Origin: Candidatus Omnitrophota bacterium
Lineage (GTDB): Bacteria; Omnitrophota; Omnitrophia; Omnitrophales; Aquincolibacteriaceae
Length of the DNA stretch: 64,000 bases
Direction: 5' to 3'
NCBI GenBank assembly: GCA_016930235.1
Contig: JAFGHI010000025.1
Coordinates: 16,437-80,436, forward strand
Each line of letters opens with the position of its first letter. The first letter of the stretch is position 1. Under the pieces are notes generated by a model. The model did not search any database. It was given only the letters and a program-made list of their open reading frames with translations, and had not been told where the DNA came from. Of the stretch, positions 27,395 through 37,196 are shown in pieces. The position numbers and the translations under genes are program-made.

Positions 27395-28822
27395 TTAATA
27401 CGCGTTTTTAAAACCTCTTGAGGTTAACGTCATCAGTAAAATTTCAATATCAAACAAAAGAGACCAGTTTTCCATATAAAAAAGATCATACTTAATGCGT
27501 TCTTGAATGGAGGTATTTCCCCGGTAACCGTTCACCTGGGCCCAGCCCGTAATGCCCGCTTTAACCTTATGCCGTGACATATATCGGGGTATAGCTTCTC
27601 GAAATTGACTGATAAAATGCGGGCGTTCGGGACGAGGTCCGATTAAACTCATTTCGCCTTTGAGCACATTCAAAAACTGAGGCAATTCGTCAAGGTTCCA
27701 GCGCCGCAAGAAATTGCCGATCCGGGTGCGGCGAGCATCTTTGACATTGGCCCAAACCGGACCCGAATCCTTTTCTGCATCTACCCGCATCGTCCTGAAC
27801 TTGAGCAAATTAAAAACTTTTTCGTCGCGCCCCATTCTCTCCTGACTGTAGAAAATAGGACCTCCGTCATCAAGCTTAATGAGCACAATCACAAATAACC
27901 ACAAAGGGAAACTCAAAAGAAGCAAGATGGATACCGCCAGAAGATCAAAACACCGCTTGGCAAACCGATTCCAAATATCGTCCAACGGTAAAGGCCTGAA
28001 TCCGAGTAACGGGACCGTGCTAATATAATCCACGTCAACGTTGCGGGATAATAACCCGTAAAAATCGGCTCCGATTTTAAATTCGATGAATTTATCTTCG
28101 CAGGCAGCCACCAAATCGGTGATCCTTTCCCGCGTAAAACTCGTATCCAAGAGAATGACCTCGTTGGGCTTCAGATGATCAATAAAACTTTCGCATTGAT
28201 CCGAGATGCCAAGAATCGGAACCCCTTCGACATGTTTGCCGACAAGACCGGGATCCTTTGCGAGGACTCCCACGATTTCACGCCCATAATGAGGGTTGTT
28301 TTTCGCCCATTGAATGATTTGGCGCGTATTGCGATTACTCCCAAGAAGAAGGATCCGTTTAATGTCCCGCTTCTTGATTTTTCTCCTGTATTCCCATTGG
28401 ATCATGAGATAACGCGAAAAAGTCAAAATAATCCCCGAAATGACCCACAAAGTCACCAGGTAAATTCTTGAATAGGAAAAACCACGGTAAAAGAATGTCA
28501 CGGCCATTAGAATGACAACCGAAAAGGTCACCGCTTTAGAAACCAAAAAGATCTCTTCGATCCTTCGAATATGCCGGTACGTTGAATACAATCCATATTC
28601 TCTGAAGAAGTAAAGATAAACCGGAAGAATCACCATAAGCGCCTGAACATAAGGCAGGAAACTGGGGATATTTTCGCTCGAAATCCAACCCGTCACAAAC
28701 CGCACGTAATAAGCAAAAAAGACACTCGCAATCACCGCACCGCAGTCGGCAAGGACCGTCAGGAAAATAAAATGGAGTCTCTTTTCAGTTGTCGGCATCG
28801 GCCACCGGATTATCTTCCTCAA
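27395..28822 (-). CDS. Initiating polyprenyl-phosphate sugar-phosphate transferase (WbaP/EpsB-type 'bacterial sugar transferase')
   Basis: 475 aa. 4-5 N-terminal TMs, a central linker, and a C-terminal catalytic domain KRCFDLL...PIFYSQERMGRDEKVFNLLKFRTM...DELPQFLNVLKGEMSLIGPRP. Confidence 0.9.
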   Translation of the reverse strand: MRKIIRWPMPTTEKRLHFIFLTVLADCGAVIASVFFAYYVRFVTGWISSENIPSFLPYVQALMVILPVYLYFFREYGLYSTYRHIRRIEEIFLVSKAVTFSVVILMAVTFFYRGFSYSRIYLVTLWVISGIILTFSRYLMIQWEYRRKIKKRDIKRILLLGSNRNTRQIIQWAKNNPHYGREIVGVLAKDPGLVGKHVEGVPILGISDQCESFIDHLKPNEVILLDTSFTRERITDLVAACEDKFIEFKIGADFYGLLSRNVDVDYISTVPLLGFRPLPLDDIWNRFAKRCFDLLAVSILLLLSFPLWLFVIVLIKLDDGGPIFYSQERMGRDEKVFNLLKFRTMRVDAEKDSGPVWANVKDARRTRIGNFLRRWNLDELPQFLNVLKGEMSLIGPRPERPHFISQFREAIPRYMSRHKVKAGITGWAQVNGYRGNTSIQERIKYDLFYMENWSLLFDIEILLMTLTSRGFKNAY

Positions 28823-29885
28823 TCAATCCTAGCATCTCTTCTTTAAAGCAAGGCTTGTCAAAATCCCGAATGTCCCCCGGGACATTTCCCCGCTCCCATG
28901 TTTTAGTCTCAAAATCCAGTATCTTTTCGCGAATCGCCCCGGGGCTTTGCTCCTCAAAGAAGAGACCGTTCATCACGCTCTCAAGGGCCCCACCCTTTTT
29001 GAACGCGATCACCGGAGTCCCGCAAGCCTGGGCCTCAAGCGGAACAATCCCGAAATCTTCATCGGTCGGGAAAATAACGGCCCGCGCCTCCGAATACAAT
29101 TTCCGAAGCTCTTCGGCTTGGACCACTCCCAAGAACCGAACCTTGGAACCTCCGGTTTCTTTGGCTTTTCGGCGATAAACTTCCTCTAAGGGGCCCGATC
29201 CGACAATCCATAGTTCCCGATCTAATCCTTGAAAAGCATCAATCACCAGATCCACTTTTTTATAAGGCACAAAAGCCGAGACAACGAGATAATAATTTTT
29301 TGGCTCCCCATCGGGATAAAATCCGGTCAGGTCAACGGGCGGATATATAACTTCAGCCTCGCGATGATAAAAAACCTCGATTCGTCTTCTAACATTCTCG
29401 GAATTGGCGATAAACCGATCAACGCTTGCATTGACCTGAAAGTCCCATTTCCTCAGGCTTGATAAAATCCATGCGATGAGCGGACGAATCCAACGAGGGA
29501 ATTTCCCGAAATAATCCTCTTCGTATCCCCACGCATACCGCATGGGCGTATGGCAATAACAGTAATGCCGTGCCCCTTTGGGGATTCGGACACCTTTGGC
29601 AACGCAATGCGAACTCGATATGACAATATCGCAAGGTTTGATTTGAAGGGTACGGACCACCCAGGGCAAAACCGGCAGCAACCACCGGTAATATTTTTTA
29701 ATGCCCGGCAAATACTGCAAAAAAGACGTCTTCACTTTTCTTTTTTTTAGAGTTTCGCTGATTTTATTTTTATCATAAAACAAGGTATGAATCACGGCCT
29801 CGGGATAAAGTTCCGCCAATGCCTCCAAAACTTTTTCCCCGCCACGCATATGAATCAACCAATCATGGACGAGCGCTACTTTCAT
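28785..29885 (-). CDS. Glycosyltransferase family 4
   Basis: MKVALVHDWLIHMRGGEKVL, with a GT4 C-terminal half. Confidence 0.8.
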   Translation of the reverse strand: MKVALVHDWLIHMRGGEKVLEALAELYPEAVIHTLFYDKNKISETLKKRKVKTSFLQYLPGIKKYYRWLLPVLPWVVRTLQIKPCDIVISSSHCVAKGVRIPKGARHYCYCHTPMRYAWGYEEDYFGKFPRWIRPLIAWILSSLRKWDFQVNASVDRFIANSENVRRRIEVFYHREAEVIYPPVDLTGFYPDGEPKNYYLVVSAFVPYKKVDLVIDAFQGLDRELWIVGSGPLEEVYRRKAKETGGSKVRFLGVVQAEELRKLYSEARAVIFPTDEDFGIVPLEAQACGTPVIAFKKGGALESVMNGLFFEEQSPGAIREKILDFETKTWERGNVPGDIRDFDKPCFKEEMLGLIEEDNPVADADN

Positions 29886-29994
29886 CGTGCCATATCCCAG
29901 TGATAAGTTTTAAGCAATAAGTTGTAAGGAAAAACAAATTTATTCATCGGCCAGAACCTTTTTGTGAAATCCTGATATCATTCGACCCACTTCA

Positions 29995-30052
29995 TCCAAT
30001 CCAAAATCCGCATTCCCCGCCTGCCAGCAGACGGGCAGGCAAAATCCAAAAT
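29995..30052. repeat. Small palindromic family-2-like element (caatccaaaatccg...cctgcc agcagac gggcagg...caaaatccaaaat)
   Basis: Read directly. A hairpin gcctgcc/ggcaggc flanked by inverted aaaatcc/ggatttt units. Confidence 0.4.
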
Positions 30053-30064
30053 TCTCCTGCGTTC

Positions 30065-31180
30065 TTATTTCCCAAGCACCCGCTCATAAACTTCCGCGGT
30101 TTCTTTGGCTGCATTTTCCCAACGGAATTGAGAGACATGCCTCAGGCCGCGCTTCTTGAAGTCTTCGCGCAGCGAATCTGATTTCTCGAGACGCACAATA
30201 GCATCCATCATTTCATGGTGGGCGCATGAATCAATCAAGCAGGCGGCATCTCCGACAACTTCCGGGATCGATGCCGCACGGCAAGCTAAAACCGGTGTTC
30301 CGCAAGCCATGGCTTCAAGCAGCGTCAATCCGAAGCCTTCGTAGAGGGACGGATGAATCAAAGCCAAGGCACCGCTATACAAATGCAAGAGCTCATCCTC
30401 CTCAACATAAGGGATATGAACGATGCGGTCCTTATTTTTTAAAGCCGATAACGCCTCATATCCGGCCGGATATTTTTTATCCTTCCGTCCCACAAGCACA
30501 AGTCCGGCATCGACACGGTTTTCCTCAATCAGATTGCCGAACAAATGGAGCAACCATAATACGTTCTTATGCGGCTTGATCATTCCGACATAAAGAAAAT
30601 AGGTCTCCGGAAGATTATATTTATCTCGCACAGCTTCAATTTTATTCACGTCTTCTGTCGGCCGAAACCGCTCATCAACACCTTCGTAAATAACCGAAAT
30701 CTTTTCGGGGTCAGCATCGAAATGCGTAATCAAATCATCGCGGGTTTTGCGGGATACCGCGATGATTTGATCTGCTTTTTTGACTGTCCGGGTCAACATT
30801 TTTCCGGCGTAAAGAGCCTGGAGAGGCGTAAAAAAATCTTTGCGAAATATCCAGTGGATCAAATCATGGATCGTCACCACCAACTTGGCATTGCCTTTCC
30901 AATAAGGAATGTTGTAATGCGGCGCATGCCACAATTCGCACTGCTGCAAGCATAAAGGATATTCAAGTTGTTCGGCGATGGAATAAATCGATGACCGGAA
31001 CGGATGGCAGGAAACTATATTTTGACCGTCCGGATCTGCATAAGACCCAAAATACTTGATGCTCCTGGCATTGACAACACCCGTCGCACGAAAAGCTTCG
31101 ACTAGACCTTGGATATAGGTGCCGATTCCCGTGTTACGGCTCATCCTGACATCGAATCCTACGCGGCAATTTCGCCCCAT
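30065..31180 (-). CDS. Glycosyltransferase family 4
   Basis: 371 aa. C-terminal EGFGLTLLEAMACGTPVLA. Confidence 0.85.
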   Translation of the reverse strand: MGRNCRVGFDVRMSRNTGIGTYIQGLVEAFRATGVVNARSIKYFGSYADPDGQNIVSCHPFRSSIYSIAEQLEYPLCLQQCELWHAPHYNIPYWKGNAKLVVTIHDLIHWIFRKDFFTPLQALYAGKMLTRTVKKADQIIAVSRKTRDDLITHFDADPEKISVIYEGVDERFRPTEDVNKIEAVRDKYNLPETYFLYVGMIKPHKNVLWLLHLFGNLIEENRVDAGLVLVGRKDKKYPAGYEALSALKNKDRIVHIPYVEEDELLHLYSGALALIHPSLYEGFGLTLLEAMACGTPVLACRAASIPEVVGDAACLIDSCAHHEMMDAIVRLEKSDSLREDFKKRGLRHVSQFRWENAAKETAEVYERVLGK

Positions 31181-31185
31181 GACTC

Positions 31186-32655
31186 TTATGCCTCCCTACT
31201 CGACAAATATTCTTTTGCCGGGTTCGCCCGCGACTGAGATCCCGACGCCCCTGAACCCATCGAAGGATGATCTTTAGAACCGAGGGCCAACCGCACTTTT
31301 TCAACGACTTCATCGACAGTCATTTTATTCATACAGTCATGATGTCCCAAAGGGCATGTTTTTTCCTCGCACGGAGAGCACGATACGGTATGGGAAAGCA
31401 GATAGAGTTTACGTGAAACCGGATGCCAAGCCTGCCATGGATTCGTCCCGCTAAAGAGACAAACACACGGGATCCCTTGTGCGGCGGCTAAATGGGACGG
31501 CCCGGAATCATTACCAATAAAAAGATCACAGTGATCAAATAAAATCGGAAGATCCTCCAACCGGGTTTTTCCCCTCAAATCAACGATCGCTTTCCCGTTG
31601 AAACCATGTAGAGGATAACGCATCTTATCACGCTCGGACCCTATCACCACAACCTGCCCCACACCTTCCCCGACCATCCGATCAATTAACGTCTCATAAT
31701 TTTCGTGCGGCCATTCTTTGGATGGATATCCCGCATAGGGGTGAATCACAATCCTCAATTTCTCTTTGGGTTCCAAAACGCTTCCGAAGGACCGCCAAAA
31801 ACGCTCTTTTTTCTCTTGGGAATAAGTATACGGGGATTCCATGCTATTCGGATTGACTCCAAAACGTTCGAGCAAACGTAAATTAAGTCCCATCTGATGC
31901 AGATCCCGGGAATAATTTCCTTTCTCGGTTAATAGAAACCCTCCGCCTGTCTCCGCATAGCCCAACCGGTATGGGATACCGCTTGAAAACATGAGTAGGA
32001 TATTCCGGAGATCTCCTCGAAAATCAATCGCGAGATCATAATTCTTTTTCCGGATCATCGAAGCGGCACGAATAAAACTTCGCACCCTCTTTCCCAGATT
32101 CGATTGTCTTGAAAACCAGTGATCGTCCATTCCGATCACTTGGCGAATGCCCCGGGAATCCTCAAAGAGAGGCTTTATTTCATGCGAAACAAGAAGGTCA
32201 ATTTCCGACGTCGGGAATGCCCGGCATAAAGCCTCTAACGCGGGTTTCGTCATCGTCACATCGCCGATATGATCAAGGCGAATTACCAAGATACGTCTGA
32301 AACAGTCCGAGGATACTTTTTTTCTGAAAAGACTAAATGGAAAGACAAGGATGTAGCCCCCTAGATCCAGCAGCATCATGACCCAACGTTTCCATCGGCT
32401 TTTAAAAACATATCGTGGAAAGATACCCAACATTTCACCTCGAAATAACCTTTCGCTTTCAATGATCATCACCGAACCGGCATGATCTTTTTTGAAGAAA
32501 CCCATCCCGCACAGCAACCCTTTTTTAGAAACAGCCGTGCCGGATATCGATCTTAAAACAGTGTGTAAATAAAAGGAGTCACGGCTGAACCTTGTGTAAA
32601 AACAATTAATGCCCCGAGTAAAAGCATGACGAGGACGATCGGCGTCAGCCACCAT
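31186..32655 (-). CDS. Glycosyltransferase family 9 (heptosyltransferase-like) with a ~130-aa N-terminal membrane-associated extension
   Basis: ILVIRLDHIGDVTMTKPALEAL, GNDSGPSHLAAAQGIPCVCLF, and C-terminal CSPCEEKTCPLGHHDCM. 489 aa. Confidence 0.75.
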   Translation of the reverse strand: MVADADRPRHAFTRGINCFYTRFSRDSFYLHTVLRSISGTAVSKKGLLCGMGFFKKDHAGSVMIIESERLFRGEMLGIFPRYVFKSRWKRWVMMLLDLGGYILVFPFSLFRKKVSSDCFRRILVIRLDHIGDVTMTKPALEALCRAFPTSEIDLLVSHEIKPLFEDSRGIRQVIGMDDHWFSRQSNLGKRVRSFIRAASMIRKKNYDLAIDFRGDLRNILLMFSSGIPYRLGYAETGGGFLLTEKGNYSRDLHQMGLNLRLLERFGVNPNSMESPYTYSQEKKERFWRSFGSVLEPKEKLRIVIHPYAGYPSKEWPHENYETLIDRMVGEGVGQVVVIGSERDKMRYPLHGFNGKAIVDLRGKTRLEDLPILFDHCDLFIGNDSGPSHLAAAQGIPCVCLFSGTNPWQAWHPVSRKLYLLSHTVSCSPCEEKTCPLGHHDCMNKMTVDEVVEKVRLALGSKDHPSMGSGASGSQSRANPAKEYLSSREA

Positions 32656-32725
32656 TTTTTTCTGACTTTAAGAAAATCCCAAAATTCCTTCAGGATCGAT
32701 AGTTTTCCCATATGGTTTTCCTTTT

Positions 32726-33142
32726 TTAATACTGAACCTCATACTTTTTAGGATTAAACTCACATTGTTCTCGATGAATCCAATAACTTTCCTTATTCTC
32801 CCGAAAGGATAGGTCTAAGAATCGTTTTCCCAATATTCGACTCAATAGCCCGATCGGCGTTACGACAAGATAAAACAAGATTGTTAAAATAATCCGCGTC
32901 ATGACCCACCCCATCATGAGCGCCAGCGTCATCCAGATTTTGTGGATAGGCCATAGTAAGACGGGTGCTATGAAACCGGCAAGAAAGAAGAAAGCCGCAG
33001 CATAAATCAGCACCACGGGCCGGACGCCATGGAGCCACCAGGCAAGCCCAAAAATCACGACGGAAGCAATGGTCATAACCTTCGCAAACGATCGCAATTC
33101 CTTTTTCCCGCTTTTGATGGTTTTCATTTCATGCAAAAACAC
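32726..33142 (-). CDS. Small 3-4 TM membrane protein immediately downstream of the carbamoyltransferase (possibly SxtJ-like)
   Basis: 138 aa, hydrophobic helices. The SxtJ-like assignment is a guess from context only. Confidence 0.35.
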   Translation of the reverse strand: MFLHEMKTIKSGKKELRSFAKVMTIASVVIFGLAWWLHGVRPVVLIYAAAFFFLAGFIAPVLLWPIHKIWMTLALMMGWVMTRIILTILFYLVVTPIGLLSRILGKRFLDLSFRENKESYWIHREQCEFNPKKYEVQY

Positions 33143-33154
33143 TTTTTTTCTCCC

Positions 33155-34972
33155 CTAATCTAACTCAAATTCTTTCAACCAATCGATATCTTTATCTAAC
33201 GGTTTTTGCTCTGTCTTTTCCAGCAAATATCGACCCATAATCAAATAATCCATGTTCGTTCTCATAAAGCACAGATAGGCATGTTCCGGACTGCAGACAA
33301 TCGGCTCGCCGCGAACGTTAAACGATGTATTGATAATCACCGGGCAGCCATATTTGTCGTTGAAGATCTTGATCATTTTATAATACCGGGGGTTATCTTC
33401 CTCCTTAATCGTCTGCAATCTTGCCGAAAAATCGACATGCGTCACCGCAGGGATATCCGACCGGATGGTATTCAACTTCGCCAATCCGAATCTCTTCTCT
33501 TCTTCATCGGTAAGCTGTTTTCTCCTGCCCCCCTGGACATCGGCGACAAGCTGCATATAAGGACTTTCACAATCGATATCAAAATATTCTTTTGTCTTTT
33601 CATAAAGGACCGTCGGAGCAAACGGACGAAAACTCTCACGGAATTTGATTTTCAGGTTCATGATTTCCTGCATCTTGGGTGAACGCGCATCTCCGATGAT
33701 CGAACGGTTTCCCAAGGCCCTCGGACCAAATTCCATTTTGCCTTGGAACCATCCGATAACATTTTCGGCGGCAATCAAATCAGCAATCTTCTCAGGGACT
33801 TCTTCGTCTTTGAGTTCGACATAAGGGACTCCTTTTTTATCCAGAAAAGATTTGACCGCCTCATCGGAAAATTCAGGCCCCAAGTAAGAAGCGGCCATTT
33901 GATCTTTCCTAGAATCAACATTTCGTTGATTCCCAAGGTATTGATACCAGGCTAATAAAGCCGCCCCTAAGGCACCTCCCGCATCACCGGCGGCCGGCTG
34001 GATCCAGATATTTTCAAACGGGCCGTTACGGAGGATTTTCCCGTTCGCAACACAGTTAAGGGCAACCCCCCCTGCTAAGCATAAATTTTTCATTCCGGTT
34101 ATTTTGTGCGAATATCGCGCCATTTTCATCATGACTTCCTCGGTCACATCTTGGACGGACCGCGCTAAGTCCATGTCCCGTTGCGTCAGCTTGGATTCTG
34201 GTTTTCTCGGAGGCCCTCCAAACAATCGGTGGAACCGGTCATTCGTCATTCTCAAACCGGCGCAGTAATCAAAGTATTTCATATTAAGCTTAAAAGAGCC
34301 GTCATCCTTGACATCGATCAGTTCTCTGAGAATGACGTCTTTGTATTTTGGAATGCCGTACGGCGCCAGCCCCATCACCTTATATTCTCCGGAATTCACC
34401 TTGAATCCCGTGTAGTACGTAAAAGCCGAATACAGAAGCCCTAAAGAGTGCGGAAAACGAATCTCCGACAAAAGCTCGATACGGTTCCCACGCCCCACGC
34501 CAATACTGGCAGTGGCCCATTCACCCACACCATCAGCCGTAATCACGGCAGCTTCTTCGAAGGGCGACGCATAAAAGGCCGACGCGATATGCGATTCGTG
34601 ATGCTCAGGAAATAGGATTCGGCCCTCATAATCCAGTTTTTCATTGATCAAGGACTTGATCCAAAGCTTTTGCTTAATCCAAAGGGGCATAGCTTTGATA
34701 AAAGACTGGATCCCATAAGGAGCAAAAGTCAGGTAGGTTTCTAAAAGCCTCTCAAATTTTACAAACGGCTTGTCATAAAAGGCTGCAAGATCCAAATCTT
34801 TGCCTTGAATTCCCCCTGCTTCCAGACAAAAACGGATAGCATTCTCCGGAAATTCATGATCATGCTTTTTACGGGTAAACCGCTCCTCTTGGGCCGCGGC
34901 GACTATACGGCCGTCCTCGACAAGGCATGCGGCCGAATCATGATAGTAAGCTGAAATGCCTAGAATTTTCAT
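33155..34972 (-). CDS. NodU/CmcH-family carbamoyltransferase
   Basis: 605 aa. MKILGISAYYHDSAACLVEDGRIVAAAQEERFTRKKHD and ...GGVALNCVANG... are family hallmarks. Confidence 0.9.
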   Translation of the reverse strand: MKILGISAYYHDSAACLVEDGRIVAAAQEERFTRKKHDHEFPENAIRFCLEAGGIQGKDLDLAAFYDKPFVKFERLLETYLTFAPYGIQSFIKAMPLWIKQKLWIKSLINEKLDYEGRILFPEHHESHIASAFYASPFEEAAVITADGVGEWATASIGVGRGNRIELLSEIRFPHSLGLLYSAFTYYTGFKVNSGEYKVMGLAPYGIPKYKDVILRELIDVKDDGSFKLNMKYFDYCAGLRMTNDRFHRLFGGPPRKPESKLTQRDMDLARSVQDVTEEVMMKMARYSHKITGMKNLCLAGGVALNCVANGKILRNGPFENIWIQPAAGDAGGALGAALLAWYQYLGNQRNVDSRKDQMAASYLGPEFSDEAVKSFLDKKGVPYVELKDEEVPEKIADLIAAENVIGWFQGKMEFGPRALGNRSIIGDARSPKMQEIMNLKIKFRESFRPFAPTVLYEKTKEYFDIDCESPYMQLVADVQGGRRKQLTDEEEKRFGLAKLNTIRSDIPAVTHVDFSARLQTIKEEDNPRYYKMIKIFNDKYGCPVIINTSFNVRGEPIVCSPEHAYLCFMRTNMDYLIMGRYLLEKTEQKPLDKDIDWLKEFELD

Positions 34973-35196
34973 ATCTCGTTTATTAACCGACAGTTACAAA
35001 CTATATTTCGGCATGAAAATGGCACAGTTTTTCTGTGGTAAATGTGTAGAATACCTTTTTTTATATATCGAATCAAGCTTCATTATTCCTTGTCATTTCG
35101 TCACTTAGAGCAAACTGAGCCGAAAATTTTGAGGTGGATAAGTCTGGAGGGTCAAGGCGAGCTATAGGACGAAAATCTTGGAAAGACCTGCCTATT

Positions 35197-36441
35197 TTAT
35201 GGTTCGGAGGCAGAGGCCATGTTCTGATACGCCCATTGAATCCCCATAAGAAACCAAAATTGCATGACAGGTTGCGGGTTATGAAGTACGGTATCGATCA
35301 AAGCCATGATTAAGAAGTTGAATAAACCGACAAGTAATCCGAACCGTAATGTTGTCACTCCGAACCACTTAGCATGTCCGCGGCTTAGCACTCCCTTGAG
35401 CGCTTTTGAAAAATAAAGAATCAAAAACAACAAAAATAGCAGCAAGCTCGGAATTCCCGTTTCGGCTGCCATTTGCAGATAACCGTTATGAGCGTAATAT
35501 CCAATTACCCGCTTATTACGCGTCTTGTCATATTTCCCGTGGGCCATCGCATAAGTATTAATCCCTGTCCCGCCAAGAGGCGCAGCCTGAATCACATGGA
35601 TAGCCCGGTCCCACAAATAATATCTCTCAACAAGCGATTGTTCTTTCCCTTCTGCGTCTAAGTGGATAATCATCCCCTTGGGTAGAACCCAGAATCCCGC
35701 CAAGGCCAGAGCGCCTATAACCGTTAGCCATTTCCACTGTTTTGCCAAGATAAGAGCTGCCAAAAGGCCTATGATGAACGCTAGCAAACATCCTCGAGAA
35801 CGTGTCATAAAAAGTAAGACAAGTCCTAATATAACTAATATCCCGAAAAAAGCTGTGGCCGCTTTTGATTTTTTCTTTTTGATGTTATCCACAGCCAAGG
35901 ATGCCATCACGGGAATCGTCATGATCAAATAAGCGCCCAATAATCCGTAGCTCTTGAAAGAAGCCGAAATGCGCAATCCCGCGCTCGATTCTTCGGGCGC
36001 ATAGCCTCGCAAAAAATCGTGCCCGAATAAATATTGGACAAATCCATCGATAACCATGACGGCAAATAAGGCCATAAAGACTTTTTCGAATTGGTTAAGC
36101 GCCTTTTGAGCACAGAAGACATCGGCGACCATCCAAAAAAGCATGACCTGTTGTAAAACCTTAAAGATACCCCGGTAACTCAGTCCCGGATAACTTGACC
36201 CAAAATAGGAAAGTATACAAATCAGGACGAATCCGATCAGGGGCCAAAAAATCCCCCACTTTGAGATCCGAGGCAAGACCGATCGATGCAAAAATTTGTT
36301 CAGGAGCCAGCATCCGAAAGCGATGGAGAAAGAAATTTCAATAAGCGCAGGCGAAAAAGCGGAGGATGCCCAGAAAACAAGCAACGTGTAAAAAGTCACT
36401 TTCTCCAAAACAACTTCGCCCTTGACCACTCGATCGCTCAC
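35197..36441 (-). CDS. O-antigen ligase/polymerase (Wzy-like) family membrane protein
   Basis: About 10-12 TMs with a large periplasmic loop. The ORF-track start overlaps the upstream GT2 by 118 nt, so the start was moved to a GTG just past that gene's stop. The exact start is uncertain. Confidence 0.6.
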   Translation of the reverse strand: MSDRVVKGEVVLEKVTFYTLLVFWASSAFSPALIEISFSIAFGCWLLNKFLHRSVLPRISKWGIFWPLIGFVLICILSYFGSSYPGLSYRGIFKVLQQVMLFWMVADVFCAQKALNQFEKVFMALFAVMVIDGFVQYLFGHDFLRGYAPEESSAGLRISASFKSYGLLGAYLIMTIPVMASLAVDNIKKKKSKAATAFFGILVILGLVLLFMTRSRGCLLAFIIGLLAALILAKQWKWLTVIGALALAGFWVLPKGMIIHLDAEGKEQSLVERYYLWDRAIHVIQAAPLGGTGINTYAMAHGKYDKTRNKRVIGYYAHNGYLQMAAETGIPSLLLFLLFLILYFSKALKGVLSRGHAKWFGVTTLRFGLLVGLFNFLIMALIDTVLHNPQPVMQFWFLMGIQWAYQNMASASEP

Positions 36442-36446
36442 GGTTT

Positions 36447-37196
36447 TCAAGAGCCCCCCCGACCGAAAGCTTTCAAGAAGCGCTGATATTTTAAAAAAAC
36501 ATAATAAGCCGACAGTCGAGCATACTGAAAACCTGCCCAACCGTCCCGCCAACCCGACTTCCAAATATAAAGAAAAAGAAATTTCCCCGAAGCTCTCAGG
36601 TACGGGTCCATTCTTCGTACTGACTGTCCCCGGTTTTGGATTACCTTCAATTCCAAAGGAATATATCGATCAAGCTTTTCTTGATAATGTTTCCGGTCTT
36701 GCGTGCTGAAATGAACAATGGTTTGATGCAAATATTCAACATCCAGCTTTGTCACCAGCTCTTCATGGACGGGTTGTGCATAATGAGCCTTGCCTCGGGG
36801 AAATAACCGGATCGGATAATCATCCTGTGTCCCGCTGAAACCGAGCCTCTTGCCGAAAAAAAAAGTCTGCCGCTTAATCCCATAAACACATTCTTCTTTG
36901 TCCTGCTGGACAATCTCTGATATTTCGGATTTGAGTCTCGGCGTGACCCTCTCATCGGCATCCAGAATCAATATCCAGTCTCCGGAGGCCTTTCGGATGG
37001 CTTCATTCTTCTGAGTTGAGAAATCCTTGAAGGGTATCCGAAAAACCTTGTCCGTATACTTTCTTGCAAGGGCCATGGTTTCATCACGGCTTCCCCCATC
37101 CACGACCACAATCTCATCGGCCCAACGCACCGACTCCAGACAGGATTCAATGTTTTCTTCTTCATTTAACGTGATCACAACCGCTGACAAGGTCAT
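36447..37196 (-). CDS. Glycosyltransferase family 2
   Basis: LSAVVITLNEEENIESCLESV...IVVVDGGSRDET...LILDADE. Confidence 0.85.
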   Translation of the reverse strand: MTLSAVVITLNEEENIESCLESVRWADEIVVVDGGSRDETMALARKYTDKVFRIPFKDFSTQKNEAIRKASGDWILILDADERVTPRLKSEISEIVQQDKEECVYGIKRQTFFFGKRLGFSGTQDDYPIRLFPRGKAHYAQPVHEELVTKLDVEYLHQTIVHFSTQDRKHYQEKLDRYIPLELKVIQNRGQSVRRMDPYLRASGKFLFLYIWKSGWRDGWAGFQYARLSAYYVFLKYQRFLKAFGRGGS

